Shown: positions 19,031 to 27,882 of the stretch, piece after piece
How positions within the stretch are numbered: the stretch's first letter is position 1
How the letters are laid out: each line of letters begins with the position of its first letter
Assembly (NCBI GenBank): GCA_945907765.1
Contig: CAMDTO010000006.1
Coordinates: 1 to 47,331, forward strand
Length of the DNA stretch: 47,331 nucleotides
Source: Thermoflexus hugenholtzii JAD2
Lineage (GTDB): Bacteria > Chloroflexota > UBA11872 > UBA12225
Direction of reading: 5' to 3'
Notes under the pieces: model-generated
The model's input: the letters and a program-made list of their open reading frames with translations, nothing else
Databases searched by the model: none
Told to the model about the DNA's origin: nothing
Position numbers and translations under genes: made by a program

Positions 19031-20539
19031 CTACGTGGACGAGGACGCCGCTCGAACGGTCACGGTGCGCGGTGGACGCACGATAACCGCAACGATGAAT
19101 GCGGCGGCAGCGCACGCCACACTGACCGCGAAAACCGTCTGGAATCCCAGCATCAGTGCAGCCGACGGCGCCTCGAGCTCGGAGACCCCGGCCGGAGCAT
19201 TCGCGAGCACGACGCCGGTCCAGAGGGCACCGGCGGTTGCCTGTCCGAATGACTGGGCGAGGTTGCGGTTGAGGGCGACCATCCCGCCAACCAGGCCATA
19301 GCGTTCCCGCGGGGCACTCTCGTAGATGGCGCTGTTGTTCGGCACCAGGAAGAGCGACTGCCCAATCCCGATCACCAGCAGACTGATGAGCAGGGGCGTC
19401 GTTGTCCCGGTGTCCGGCAGGAAGACCAGTGAAAGCAGTCCCAGTGCGGTCGTGGTTGCCCCGATGCCCGCAAGGGTCCGTACCCCGATGCGGTCCGACA
19501 GGTAGCCGCTGATCGGGGCAATCGCCGCGCTCGTGGCCGGGATCACGATCAGTCTTGCCCCAATCTGGCTGGCCGGCAGGTGCAGGACAAGAGCCAGGTA
19601 GAAAGGCACGAGCAACCCGACCGGTGCGAGCGTGATGAACAGCAGGAAGGCCGATGCCAAGGCAGCGACAAAACCCTTGCTTTGGAAGAGCACCAGATCG
19701 ATCAGTGGGTGCGCCACCCGCCGTTCGACGACGACCAAGGCAACAATTGCGCCCATCCCGATGGCGATCGCACCGATGGTGAGCGGACTTTCCCATCCCC
19801 AGTGGGACCCTTGGGTCACACCCAGAAGCGTCGCGCCCGCACCAGTCACCAAAAGAATTGCCCCGGCAAGATCGAATGGTTGACCTGCCTGCCGTGGCGA
19901 CTTCCCGAGCAATCGCAATCCCATGAAGATCGCCATCATGCTGATCGGGACAGTCACGTAGAAGGCCCAGCGCCAGCCGATGAACTCGGTGATGAACCCG
20001 CCGATGACCGGCCCGGAGAGTAAACCGATGGAGACGACGGAACTCTGCAACCCCAGGGCCCGCCCACGTTCCTTCGCCGGGAATGCCGACGCCACGAGTG
20101 CCCCGGTGTTGGCCTGGATCAATGCGCCGGCAATGCCCTGGACGACCCGTGCAAGGATCAGCCAGTAGACACCGGGCGCGAGCCCACACAGGATTGACGC
20201 CAGTCCGAATGCACCGAACCCGAAGAGGAAGACGTCACGGCGACCGCGCAGGTCGGCAAGCTTGCCAGCCGGAAGCAGGAACCCGGTAACTGAAAGCACG
20301 TAGCCAAGCGACACCCACTGGGTGATGGTCAGCGCCGCGTCGAACTCCCGGGCCAGGGCCGGCAGCGCCACATTGACCACCCCACTGTCCAGGGTGACCA
20401 TGAAAATGCCACTGCCCGAGACAAACAGCACCTTCCACTTGAAGTAGGGGTCATCAGGTGGCGCAATAGGTGAAGTCGGCGGAGCGGACGTGGGGCGAAC
20501 CTGGTTCGCAAGTGCCTCGGGGGATTTCGAACTCATCAC
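19031..20539 (-). CDS. MFS efflux transporter, DHA2 (EmrB/QacA) family
   Basis: LDSGVVNVALP, GKLADLRGRR, ERGRALG, GPVIGG...WRWAF and a roughly 14-TM pattern. Confidence 0.92.
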   Translation of the reverse strand: MMSSKSPEALANQVRPTSAPPTSPIAPPDDPYFKWKVLFVSGSGIFMVTLDSGVVNVALPALAREFDAALTITQWVSLGYVLSVTGFLLPAGKLADLRGRRDVFLFGFGAFGLASILCGLAPGVYWLILARVVQGIAGALIQANTGALVASAFPAKERGRALGLQSSVVSIGLLSGPVIGGFITEFIGWRWAFYVTVPISMMAIFMGLRLLGKSPRQAGQPFDLAGAILLVTGAGATLLGVTQGSHWGWESPLTIGAIAIGMGAIVALVVVERRVAHPLIDLVLFQSKGFVAALASAFLLFITLAPVGLLVPFYLALVLHLPASQIGARLIVIPATSAAIAPISGYLSDRIGVRTLAGIGATTTALGLLSLVFLPDTGTTTPLLISLLVIGIGQSLFLVPNNSAIYESAPRERYGLVGGMVALNRNLAQSFGQATAGALWTGVVLANAPAGVSELEAPSAALMLGFQTVFAVSVACAAAAFIVAVIVRPPRTVTVRAASSST

Positions 20540-20639
20540 GGGATCCGATGCGTCTGCGGTTGTCAGGTTTCAGCGAGCAACGGCCCCTCTCGCGCCGCAA
20601 CGGCATAGGGGTAGGTCATTGGAAACGCCCCGGGGTGCA

Positions 20640-21155
20640 TCAATCGCGCGGGGCAGCTTCCTTGAGGGCTTGGTCGATGGCGTTCCGTATCAGCCGCGAA
20701 TCCGGGTCAGTTGCCGGCGCCCACCGGCCGACCAGTGTCCCGTCGCGGCCGATCAGGAACTTCGCAAAGTTCCACTCAACCTTTCCCGGCTTCAACGGTT
20801 GCGTGGTCAACCAGTGGTAGACCGGATGGATCTCCCGTCCCACGCAGTGCACCTTGTCGAACAGTCGGTAGGTCGCACCGTACTGTCGCCGACAGAACGC
20901 GGCGATTTCCGGCAGGTCACCCGGTTCCTCGTTGGCGAAGTCATTGCAGGGAAACCCGAGAACGCGGAAGCCCTTTGGCCCGTACCGCTTCTCGAGGACG
21001 GCCAGCACACCGTGCTGGGGAGTGTGGCCTCAATAACTCGCCGTGTTGACGATCATCAGGACATCGCCACGGTACGGCGCGAGGGTCGTGGGGTTGCCTT
21101 CGGCATCATTGACCGTGATGCTGTAGATCGTTTCCGGTGTCTTTGGTGCGGGCAT
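20640..21155 (-). CDS. Glutathione peroxidase family protein, probable selenoprotein (Sec at codon 42, TGA at 21030-21032)
   Basis: Reading from ATG 21155 (AAGGA RBS) gives ...DVLMIVNTASY[TGA]GHTPQH...LGFPCNDF..EPG...WNFAKFLIGRDG. The TGA occupies the catalytic Cys position of the VNTASxCGxTPQ motif; 171 aa. Confidence 0.88.
20998..21029 (-). promoter_or_regulatory. Candidate bacterial SECIS hairpin
   Basis: On the minus strand, after the TGA: GGCCACACTCC-CCAGCAC-GGT-GTGCTGG. This is a perfect 7-bp stem whose G-leading loop starts 18 nt after the UGA. Confidence 0.65.
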
Positions 21156-21180
21156 TGTCGGTGTCCTTCATCGGGGAATT

Positions 21181-21202
21181 CCCCTTTCCCGCTTGGGAAA
21201 GG
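21181..21202. repeat. REP-like palindrome
   Basis: CCTTTCCC-GCTT-GGGAAAGG, an 8-bp stem, similar to the element at 27888-27913. Confidence 0.45.
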
Positions 21203-21273
21203 AGTGGGGTCATGGAGCGGAGATGGGCTGATAGGGGGTCTTCAATTGGACCGGGTATCGGCAGGCTACGTTC

Positions 21274-22131
21274 TCACGCAACTGGCGCGAACGTGACCCC
21301 ACCCCGCTTGGCTGCATCGGTCAGCGTGCGGTAACTCCGGGCGGCGACCTCTGCGGGATCGTAGCCCGGCCGGTTCTGCACCATCTTGCTGATCTCGACG
21401 GTGATTGCCCCGTCGTAGCCAGCCTTCTCGATCGCTGGCAGGTACGCCGCGTAGTCGAATGTTCCCTCGCCGGGCACAAGGAACTCGAACCCCGGCGCAA
21501 TGCCACGCTGGTCCTTCATGTGGGTATGCACCGCGTATCGGGTCAGCTGGGGGACATATGTATGGAAATCACAGCCCATCACTTCAAAGTGGCTGTTGTC
21601 GAAATTCAAGCGGAAGTTCGGTGAGTCCACGGCGTCCAGGACCCACTGCACGCGGTCCGGCAGGTCTAGTGCCTGCCCGACGTGCGGTTCCAATGCGACG
21701 ATCACGCCAAGGTGCGCCCCGGCACGCGCCAGTTCCGCGAAATTGTCGGCAATCTGTTGCCGGTGGGTACCGAACTGTTCCGGGAGGCCGAATCCCATGG
21801 TCACCACACACGGCGGCCCAGACGGTCCTGCCAGGCGTACGGCGAGTTCCATGCCGGCGATCACCCGGGCGCACGCATGGGCACGCACCGCCGGGTCGGT
21901 CTCAAGCAGGTTCCCGTGGCAGGCGATTGACGGCAATTCCAATCCGGACTCGTCAAGCGCGCGCCTGATATCCCGCACCTCGGTATCCGTCACCGTCATC
22001 GGGTTGAGGGCATCCGTATCCCCGCCGACCAATTCGATCGAGTGATAGCCCAATCCATGCACCAGCGATATCTGGTCCCGAACCGGCATCGTCGACATCG
22101 CCCACGCACTGAATCCCAGACGCATTGTCAC
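21274..22131 (-). CDS. Sugar phosphate isomerase/epimerase (xylose-isomerase-like TIM barrel)
   Basis: GYHSIEL, ALEPH, NFDNSH, HTHMKD, PGEG and GYDGAITVE. Confidence 0.9.
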   Translation of the reverse strand: MTMRLGFSAWAMSTMPVRDQISLVHGLGYHSIELVGGDTDALNPMTVTDTEVRDIRRALDESGLELPSIACHGNLLETDPAVRAHACARVIAGMELAVRLAGPSGPPCVVTMGFGLPEQFGTHRQQIADNFAELARAGAHLGVIVALEPHVGQALDLPDRVQWVLDAVDSPNFRLNFDNSHFEVMGCDFHTYVPQLTRYAVHTHMKDQRGIAPGFEFLVPGEGTFDYAAYLPAIEKAGYDGAITVEISKMVQNRPGYDPAEVAARSYRTLTDAAKRGGVTFAPVA

Positions 22132-22205
22132 CCTCGCTTCATTCGTACGCAGTCACGATACCGCCGCACGGGGTCCCGCGTCGCCCATTCCCCCGATCCG
22201 GGTTT

Positions 22206-22241
22206 TACCCCTCCCCCAGGGGGGTAGGGGTTGTGGTACGT
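22206..22241 (+). promoter_or_regulatory. Probable CsoR operator overlapping the cop operon promoter
   Basis: C-tract/G-tract pseudopalindrome TACCCCTCCCCCAGGGGGGTAGGGG, followed by TGTGGTACGTT (extended -10-like), directly upstream of csoR. Confidence 0.7.
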
Positions 22242-22303
22242 TTGCCATGGCGTCGCTTTCCGTCCGGGGTGCTGGCGCAACGCGCCGAGAACGAGAGAAC
22301 ACC

Positions 22304-22702
22304 GTGGCTACACCAAACCGCCGCTCCCATGTCCTGAACCGCTTGAAGAGCATCGACGGTCACCTCCGGGGGGTGATGCGCATGGTTGAGGACGATGCGT
22401 ACTGCATCGATGTCATCCAGCAGTTGCAGGCGGTTCAGGGTGCGGTCGGACGTGTCGCTTCGGTCTTGCTGGAAGACCATCTCCAGACCTGCGTCACCCA
22501 TGCCATCCAGGGAAACGACAGCGACGAGCGGACGCGTGTCATCGGAGAACTCCTTCGATTGTTCGACGCCGGTGCACGTACCACCAGTGACGAAGTGTCG
22601 CCTGGCGCCGACGCCACGATTGCGAACGGGGAGGTTGGTGGCCCCTTCCAGCATGCGTCCGCGTCTCCCGCCGTCCCCGCCGGGGCCCGGATACCGCGAT
22701 GA
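22304..22702 (+). CDS. csoR: Copper-sensing transcriptional repressor CsoR
   Basis: [19 protein letters not shown]...Q..AV...LEDHLQTC (Cys-His-Cys Cu(I) site); first gene of the copA operon. Start GTG 22304 (the ORF extends to 22247). Confidence 0.9.
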   Translation: MATPNRRSHVLNRLKSIDGHLRGVMRMVEDDAYCIDVIQQLQAVQGAVGRVASVLLEDHLQTCVTHAIQGNDSDERTRVIGELLRLFDAGARTTSDEVSPGADATIANGEVGGPFQHASASPAVPAGARIPR

Positions 22703-25575
22703 CCGTTGACGCACCCCACACCACGCAATCACCCGGTGAGCACGAGTCGCTTCGAGTATCCCCACCGCGCGAAACCCATGAGCTCGCATCAGGCGAAGTG
22801 ATCCTCCAGATCACGGGCATGACCTGCGCGTCGTGCGTACGCCGGGTGGAAAAGGCGACCCTGAAAGTCCCCGGGATCGTTGAAGCGTCCGTCAACCTTG
22901 CCACGGAGCGCGCGCGCATCCGGTTCGCGGACGGCGTTGTCCTTGACGCCGCCGTTCTGCTCGATGCCGTCCGCCGTGCGGGGTACGACGCGCACGTCGT
23001 ACCCGACCACGTGCAGCAAACCGTGGTCGTGCAGGATTCCCCCGACACCGCAATTGAGATTGCCGGTGGGTCCGGCGCGGGCGAACTTGCCTCGCGGGCC
23101 GGCATCGGTCTTGCTGCGTATTCCCTCGTGACCTCTGGCGTCATCATGTCCCTGATGTTCTGGCCGGGAGCTGCTAGGGGGTGGCCCAACCTTCCGGTCT
23201 CCATGCAGGTTCTCCATTGGACCTTGCTCGCGATGGCGACACCGGTCCAGTTCTGGGCGGGTGCCGGTTTCTACCGGAGTGCTTGGAACGCCCTGCGTCA
23301 CGGGTCGGCGAACATGCACTCGCTCGTCGCTGTCGGAACGACGGCGGCGTATGCGTGGAGTGCCGTCGTCACCGTCTTCCCCGACTGGTTTGCGGGATCC
23401 GGTGTCGCCGCTGAAACATGGTTCGATACGTCGACCGTGATCATCGGGCTCATCCTGGCCGGGCGGTACCTCGAGGACCGCGCGCGTCGCCAGACTGGTC
23501 TCGCAATTGGCAAGCTGCTGTCCCTGCAACCACCTGAAGCGATCCTGTTGGATGGTGCGATCGAACGCCGGGTTGCCGTTGCCACCGTCCGGGTAGGGGA
23601 CCTCCTGCGAGTCCGGCCCGGGTCTCGCGTCCCGGTCGATGGCACGGTACTTGAGGGCCGTTCCAGCGTGGACGAATCGATGCTGACTGGCGAAAGCATG
23701 CCGGTCTCCCGCGCGGCGGGCGGTCAGGTGATTGGTGCCACGCTCAATGGGACGGGCAGCTTTGTCATGCAGGCCACTCGCGTCGGGCGCGATACGACGC
23801 TCGCCCAGGTCGTCCGCCTCGTTGAGGACGCCCAAGCCTCCAAGGCACCTGTCCAGCGCCTCGCCGACCGGGTCGCAGAGGTCTTTGTACCGGTCGTGTT
23901 CATCCTCGCCGCGGTGACGTTCGTTCTCTGGTGGTTCCTCGGGCCGGAACCCCGGATCGGGCACGCGCTCTCCTCCCTGATCGCCGTCCTGATCATCGCC
24001 TGTCCGTGTGCGATGGGCCTTGCCACGCCAACAGCCATCATCGTCGCTACTGGCGAAGGGGCCTCGCGAGGTGTCCTGATCCGTGGGGGTGATGCCCTGG
24101 AGCGCGCTGGCCTCGTCAAGACCGTTGTCCTCGACAAGACAGGAACGCTCACGACGGGGCATCCCGCGCTGACCGATCTCTGGCTTGATCCTGCCTTTCC
24201 GGGTGCTGGTGCAAGTGCGACGAGGACCACGATCCTCCGTCTGGTCGCCGGTGCCGAACGCCAATCGGAACATCCGCTTGGCGAGGCGATCGTCCGCGCC
24301 GCCCGGGCCGAGGGCATCGACATTCCGGAACCCGTGCAGTTCTCGTCGGTGCCCGGAAGAGGACTGGAGGCCACGGTAGACGGTCGGCATCTCATCATCG
24401 GATCGGCTGATCACCTTGGGTCGCATGGCATTCCGGTTGGATCGTTGCTTGCGGAAGCGGCGTCGGTCTCCCGGTGTGGACGCACCGCAATCCTTGTCGC
24501 CATCGACGGCCTCCCCGCTGCGGTATTCGGCGTCGCGGACACCTTGAAGCCCACATCGGTCGCGGCGGTTGAGGCATTTCGTTCCCTCGGTCTTGATGTC
24601 TGGATGCTGACCGGAGACAGTGCGGCGACGGCAGCGGCGATTGCCCTCGAGGCCGGGATTGCCATGGACCGTGTCATCTCGGGCGTATTGCCAAGCGGCA
24701 AGGCGGACGCGATTGCCCGGCTTCAGGCCGGTGGCAACATCGTCGCGATGGTCGGGGATGGCGTCAATGACGCACCCGCGCTTGCCCGTGCTGACCTTGG
24801 CGTCGCTGTCGGGACGGGCACCGACGTCGCGATTGCCGCCTCAGACATCACGCTTGTCGGTGGCGATCTCAACGGCGTCGTCGAAGCGATCCGGCTGAGC
24901 CGCCAAACCGTCACGGTCATCAAGCAGAACCTTTTCTGGGCGTTTGCCTACAACCTGATCCTGATCCCCGTGGCGATGGGGGTGCTGTATCCCTTCACCG
25001 GCACGATCCTGAACCCCGGCCTTGCTGCCGGTGCGATGGCGCTGTCAAGCGTCTCGGTGATCACCAACTCGCTTCGGCTCCGTCGCGGGTCTCGCCCAGC
25101 CGATCCGGTCGTCCCTGCAAGGACCCGTCTTCTGGCTACGGCGGGCGCACTCGGTATCGTCATCGGTGGCGCTGGTCTCGGGCTTGCCATCCAGTCAATC
25201 GGATTGAAGGCACCGGCGAAACTTGATCCGGTCGCGATTGCCGTGGTTGCGCGCGACGGGGCCTTTTCACCAACGTCAATGCGCCTGACTGTCGGGCAAC
25301 CGGTCACGATCAGTTTCGAGAACCGTGGAAGCACGGCGCACGACCTCACGGTGCTTGGTGGTATCCGGGTCAGTGACCTGGTGGTGACCGATGCCATGGC
25401 CGGGGCTGCCCATGTGATGGGTGGAACCAATCCGGTCAGGGTCGCTGCAAGTCCGGGAAAGACCGGCACGATTGCGTTCGTCCCCGTCAGTGCCGGTGTC
25501 TACCCCCTGATGTGCACCGAGGCAGGGCAGAAGGAGGCCGGCATGGTCGCCGCCCTCACCGTGGTCGCCAAATGA
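22699..25575 (+). CDS. copA: Cu(I)-exporting P1B-1 ATPase with an N-terminal HMA domain and a fused C-terminal TM + cupredoxin domain
   Basis: GMTCASC, TGES, CPC, DKTGT, SEHPL, GDGVND, YN and MALSS; about 160 extra residues after NSLRLRR. ATGA overlap with csoR. Confidence 0.95.
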   Translation: MTVDAPHTTQSPGEHESLRVSPPRETHELASGEVILQITGMTCASCVRRVEKATLKVPGIVEASVNLATERARIRFADGVVLDAAVLLDAVRRAGYDAHVVPDHVQQTVVVQDSPDTAIEIAGGSGAGELASRAGIGLAAYSLVTSGVIMSLMFWPGAARGWPNLPVSMQVLHWTLLAMATPVQFWAGAGFYRSAWNALRHGSANMHSLVAVGTTAAYAWSAVVTVFPDWFAGSGVAAETWFDTSTVIIGLILAGRYLEDRARRQTGLAIGKLLSLQPPEAILLDGAIERRVAVATVRVGDLLRVRPGSRVPVDGTVLEGRSSVDESMLTGESMPVSRAAGGQVIGATLNGTGSFVMQATRVGRDTTLAQVVRLVEDAQASKAPVQRLADRVAEVFVPVVFILAAVTFVLWWFLGPEPRIGHALSSLIAVLIIACPCAMGLATPTAIIVATGEGASRGVLIRGGDALERAGLVKTVVLDKTGTLTTGHPALTDLWLDPAFPGAGASATRTTILRLVAGAERQSEHPLGEAIVRAARAEGIDIPEPVQFSSVPGRGLEATVDGRHLIIGSADHLGSHGIPVGSLLAEAASVSRCGRTAILVAIDGLPAAVFGVADTLKPTSVAAVEAFRSLGLDVWMLTGDSAATAAAIALEAGIAMDRVISGVLPSGKADAIARLQAGGNIVAMVGDGVNDAPALARADLGVAVGTGTDVAIAASDITLVGGDLNGVVEAIRLSRQTVTVIKQNLFWAFAYNLILIPVAMGVLYPFTGTILNPGLAAGAMALSSVSVITNSLRLRRGSRPADPVVPARTRLLATAGALGIVIGGAGLGLAIQSIGLKAPAKLDPVAIAVVARDGAFSPTSMRLTVGQPVTISFENRGSTAHDLTVLGGIRVSDLVVTDAMAGAAHVMGGTNPVRVAASPGKTGTIAFVPVSAGVYPLMCTEAGQKEAGMVAALTVVAK

Positions 25576-25640
25576 CCAATCGCCGCGGATTGCGTTGGAA
25601 ACCCCTCTCGTCCGGACGGTGAACTTTGAAAGGTGGAACT

Positions 25641-26105
25641 GTGACACGGAACCTGAAGTTGGCAGTCGGTGGAGCAGTGACGATGATTGTTGGTGGTCTC
25701 ATCGGGGTGGTCGTGCTTGCCACCGGCGGACCCGCCACGGGACCTGCCCAGACGGTGGTGGCGCGAGAAATGGCCTATGCCCCGATTGAGGTGAGAGGGG
25801 TCGTAGGAAGGCCAGTCACCATCCAGTTGAAAAACGAGGGCCTCCTTGAACATGACTTCAACGTTGTTGGCATCCGCGCGAGTGGGGTCAAGGCGGTTGA
25901 TGCCGGTGTCAATTCTGCGCACGGAAGCGCGCACGGAAGCGCGCATGGATCCGCCCCCGAGGCGGTCCACGTGGCAGCCGGTCCCGGCAAGACCGGCACC
26001 CTTACCTTCACGCCACTGGTACCTGGCGTCTTCCCGGTCGCGTGTTCAGTCCCCGGCCACAAGGAGGCGGGCATGGTGGGGACCCTGACGGTCACCGCAG
26101 AGTAG
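25641..26105 (+). CDS. Membrane-anchored cupredoxin (type-1 copper, auracyanin/plastocyanin-like)
   Basis: N-terminal hydrophobic anchor; HDF...C-SVPG-H-KEAG-M type-1 Cu ligands. Confidence 0.88.
   Translation: MTRNLKLAVGGAVTMIVGGLIGVVVLATGGPATGPAQTVVAREMAYAPIEVRGVVGRPVTIQLKNEGLLEHDFNVVGIRASGVKAVDAGVNSAHGSAHGSAHGSAPEAVHVAAGPGKTGTLTFTPLVPGVFPVACSVPGHKEAGMVGTLTVTAE
25917..25952 (+). repeat. 12-bp tandem repeat encoding (AHGS)x3
   Basis: GCGCACGGAAGC GCGCACGGAAGC GCGCATGGATCC. Confidence 0.85.
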
Positions 26106-26181
26106 TTGGCCGTTCCCACCCGAAACTCGTCCGCACGATGCGTCGTGCGAGTGTTGAACCAGTCATGAAAGGCTGAAACTG

Positions 26182-26412
26182 ATGACCAGTGTGCTGCTCA
26201 CCGTTCCGGAGATTTCCTGCGCCCATTGCGCCCAGTCGATCGTGAAGGCGCTCTCGCCTGAGGCAGGCGTCACGCACGTGTCGGTTGACGTGGACCATCA
26301 GCAGGTGCGTCTCGATTTCGATCCATCGACAATCTCTCTCGACCGCGTGCGGGAGATCATGGAGGAAGAGGAATACCCGGTCACGGAGGTTGCGGAGGTC
26401 GCCCAGGCCTGA
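26182..26412 (+). CDS. copZ: Copper chaperone (HMA domain)
   Basis: 76 aa with ISCAHC, GV..VSVD and YPV; last gene of the cop operon. Confidence 0.9.
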   Translation: MTSVLLTVPEISCAHCAQSIVKALSPEAGVTHVSVDVDHQQVRLDFDPSTISLDRVREIMEEEEYPVTEVAEVAQA

Positions 26413-26524
26413 CCGCATACCGCAGTCCGGCGGGTGTTCTCCCGTGCTACCCTCCCACTCCGGAAGGGTGCCGGGGGCCGGGTCTTGGCCGGTCCGCCCT
26501 GCACCACCGATGCAAGGAGAGACC

Positions 26525-27868
26525 ATGGCACCACCCGCCGGAAGCGCGCCACCTGAGAGCGTGCACGCCAATCTCACGCCCAACGTCCATGTTCCTTGGG
26601 AACCGACCCGCACGATGCCGCACATCAAGATCACGAATGTGAAAGTGATCTGCACCGCGCCTGAAGGCATCCGTCTCGTCGTGGTGAAGGTCGAAACATC
26701 CGATCCCGGCCTCTACGGGTGGGGATGCGCGACGTTCACCCAGCGCCCGCTCGCGGTTGTCTCGGCCATCGAGGACTACCTGAAGCCGATGGTCATCGGG
26801 AGGGACCCGAACGACATCGAGGACATCTGGCAGACGGCCTTCACCAGTGGCTATTGGCGGTCCGGGCCGATCATGCACAACGCCATGAGCGGCATTGACC
26901 AGGCCCTCTGGGATATCAAGGGCAAGCGCGCCGGGATGCCCCTTTACGAAATCTTCGGTGGCAAGTCCCGTCAGGCGGTGTCCCTGTACGGGCATGCGTC
27001 GGGCCGGGACATCCACGAACTCGAGGACAGCATCCGCGGGTACGTCGAGCGGGGCTACCGCTACGTACGGTGCCAGATGGCCGTGCCAGGCATGTCCATG
27101 TACGGAACCCGGGCGAACCTTCCCGAAGGCGACGGCCACAGCATCGCTGCCGACGGGACCCCTCGCCTCAACCGGTCACTGCCGTCATTCGAGCCGACCC
27201 CGTATTGCCGCATGGTCCCCCGCATGTTCGAGCGCCTGCGGGGCACCTTCGGCGACGAACTCGAGTTCTGCCATGATGTTCACGAGAACATCCCCCCGAT
27301 CCAGGCCGTCCAGTTGGCAAAGGACGTCGAGCCACATCACCTGTTTTTCCTGGAAGACGCCCTCGCACCTGAGGACATCGACTATTTCCGCATCATCCGT
27401 CAGCAAACCAGCACACCCCTTGCGATGGGCGAACTCTTCGTCAACGTCAATGAGTACCTGCCGTTGGTTCGCGATCGACTGATCGACTTCATGCGGGTCC
27501 ATATCTCGGACATCGGGGGTCTCACGCCCGCCAGGAAGTTGGCAGCCCTGTGCGAGTTCTTCGCGGTCCGCAGTGCATGGCATGGGCCGGGAGATGTCTC
27601 CCCGATCGGCCACGCGGCCAATACGCACCTGGACATGTCTATCTGGAACTTCGGGATCCAGGAACAGACCGTTTTCGGCGAACGAACCCGCGACGTCTTC
27701 AAGGGATGTCCCGAGATCCACGATGGCTGCTTCTGGCTGAACGAGGAACCCGGTTTGGGCATGGACGTCGACGAGGAAGCCGCCAGGAAGTATCCGTACC
27801 CCGAGCATCCCCTCAACGGCGCATGGCCGCCGCGACGCCGTCTTGACGGCACCACCATCCGTCCATAG
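26525..27868 (+). CDS. Enolase-superfamily acid-sugar dehydratase (RspA/ManD-like)
   Basis: IEDIWQ...YWRSGP, GIDQALWDIKGK, HDVHE, FFLED, MGELF, WHGPGD and EPGLG. AAGGAG RBS before ATG 26525 (alternative start 26615). Confidence 0.9.
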   Translation: MAPPAGSAPPESVHANLTPNVHVPWEPTRTMPHIKITNVKVICTAPEGIRLVVVKVETSDPGLYGWGCATFTQRPLAVVSAIEDYLKPMVIGRDPNDIEDIWQTAFTSGYWRSGPIMHNAMSGIDQALWDIKGKRAGMPLYEIFGGKSRQAVSLYGHASGRDIHELEDSIRGYVERGYRYVRCQMAVPGMSMYGTRANLPEGDGHSIAADGTPRLNRSLPSFEPTPYCRMVPRMFERLRGTFGDELEFCHDVHENIPPIQAVQLAKDVEPHHLFFLEDALAPEDIDYFRIIRQQTSTPLAMGELFVNVNEYLPLVRDRLIDFMRVHISDIGGLTPARKLAALCEFFAVRSAWHGPGDVSPIGHAANTHLDMSIWNFGIQEQTVFGERTRDVFKGCPEIHDGCFWLNEEPGLGMDVDEEAARKYPYPEHPLNGAWPPRRRLDGTTIRP

Positions 27869-27882
27869 GACCGTCCCGAACG

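Noticed and set aside
20640-21008. The 122-aa ORF as a complete gene, or the GPx as a pseudogene
   Set aside because: The frame is intact upstream with an RBS and ATG, the single stop is TGA exactly at the catalytic residue, and a SECIS-like hairpin follows. Recoding explains this better than decay.
22789-24426. Long minus-strand ORF (545 aa) and similar shadow ORFs (e.g. 2072-3025, 12396-13409, 18969-20189, 27185-28276, 40659-41867)
   Set aside because: They overlap well-supported genes in antisense or alternative frames and have no motifs; such ORFs are expected in high-GC DNA.
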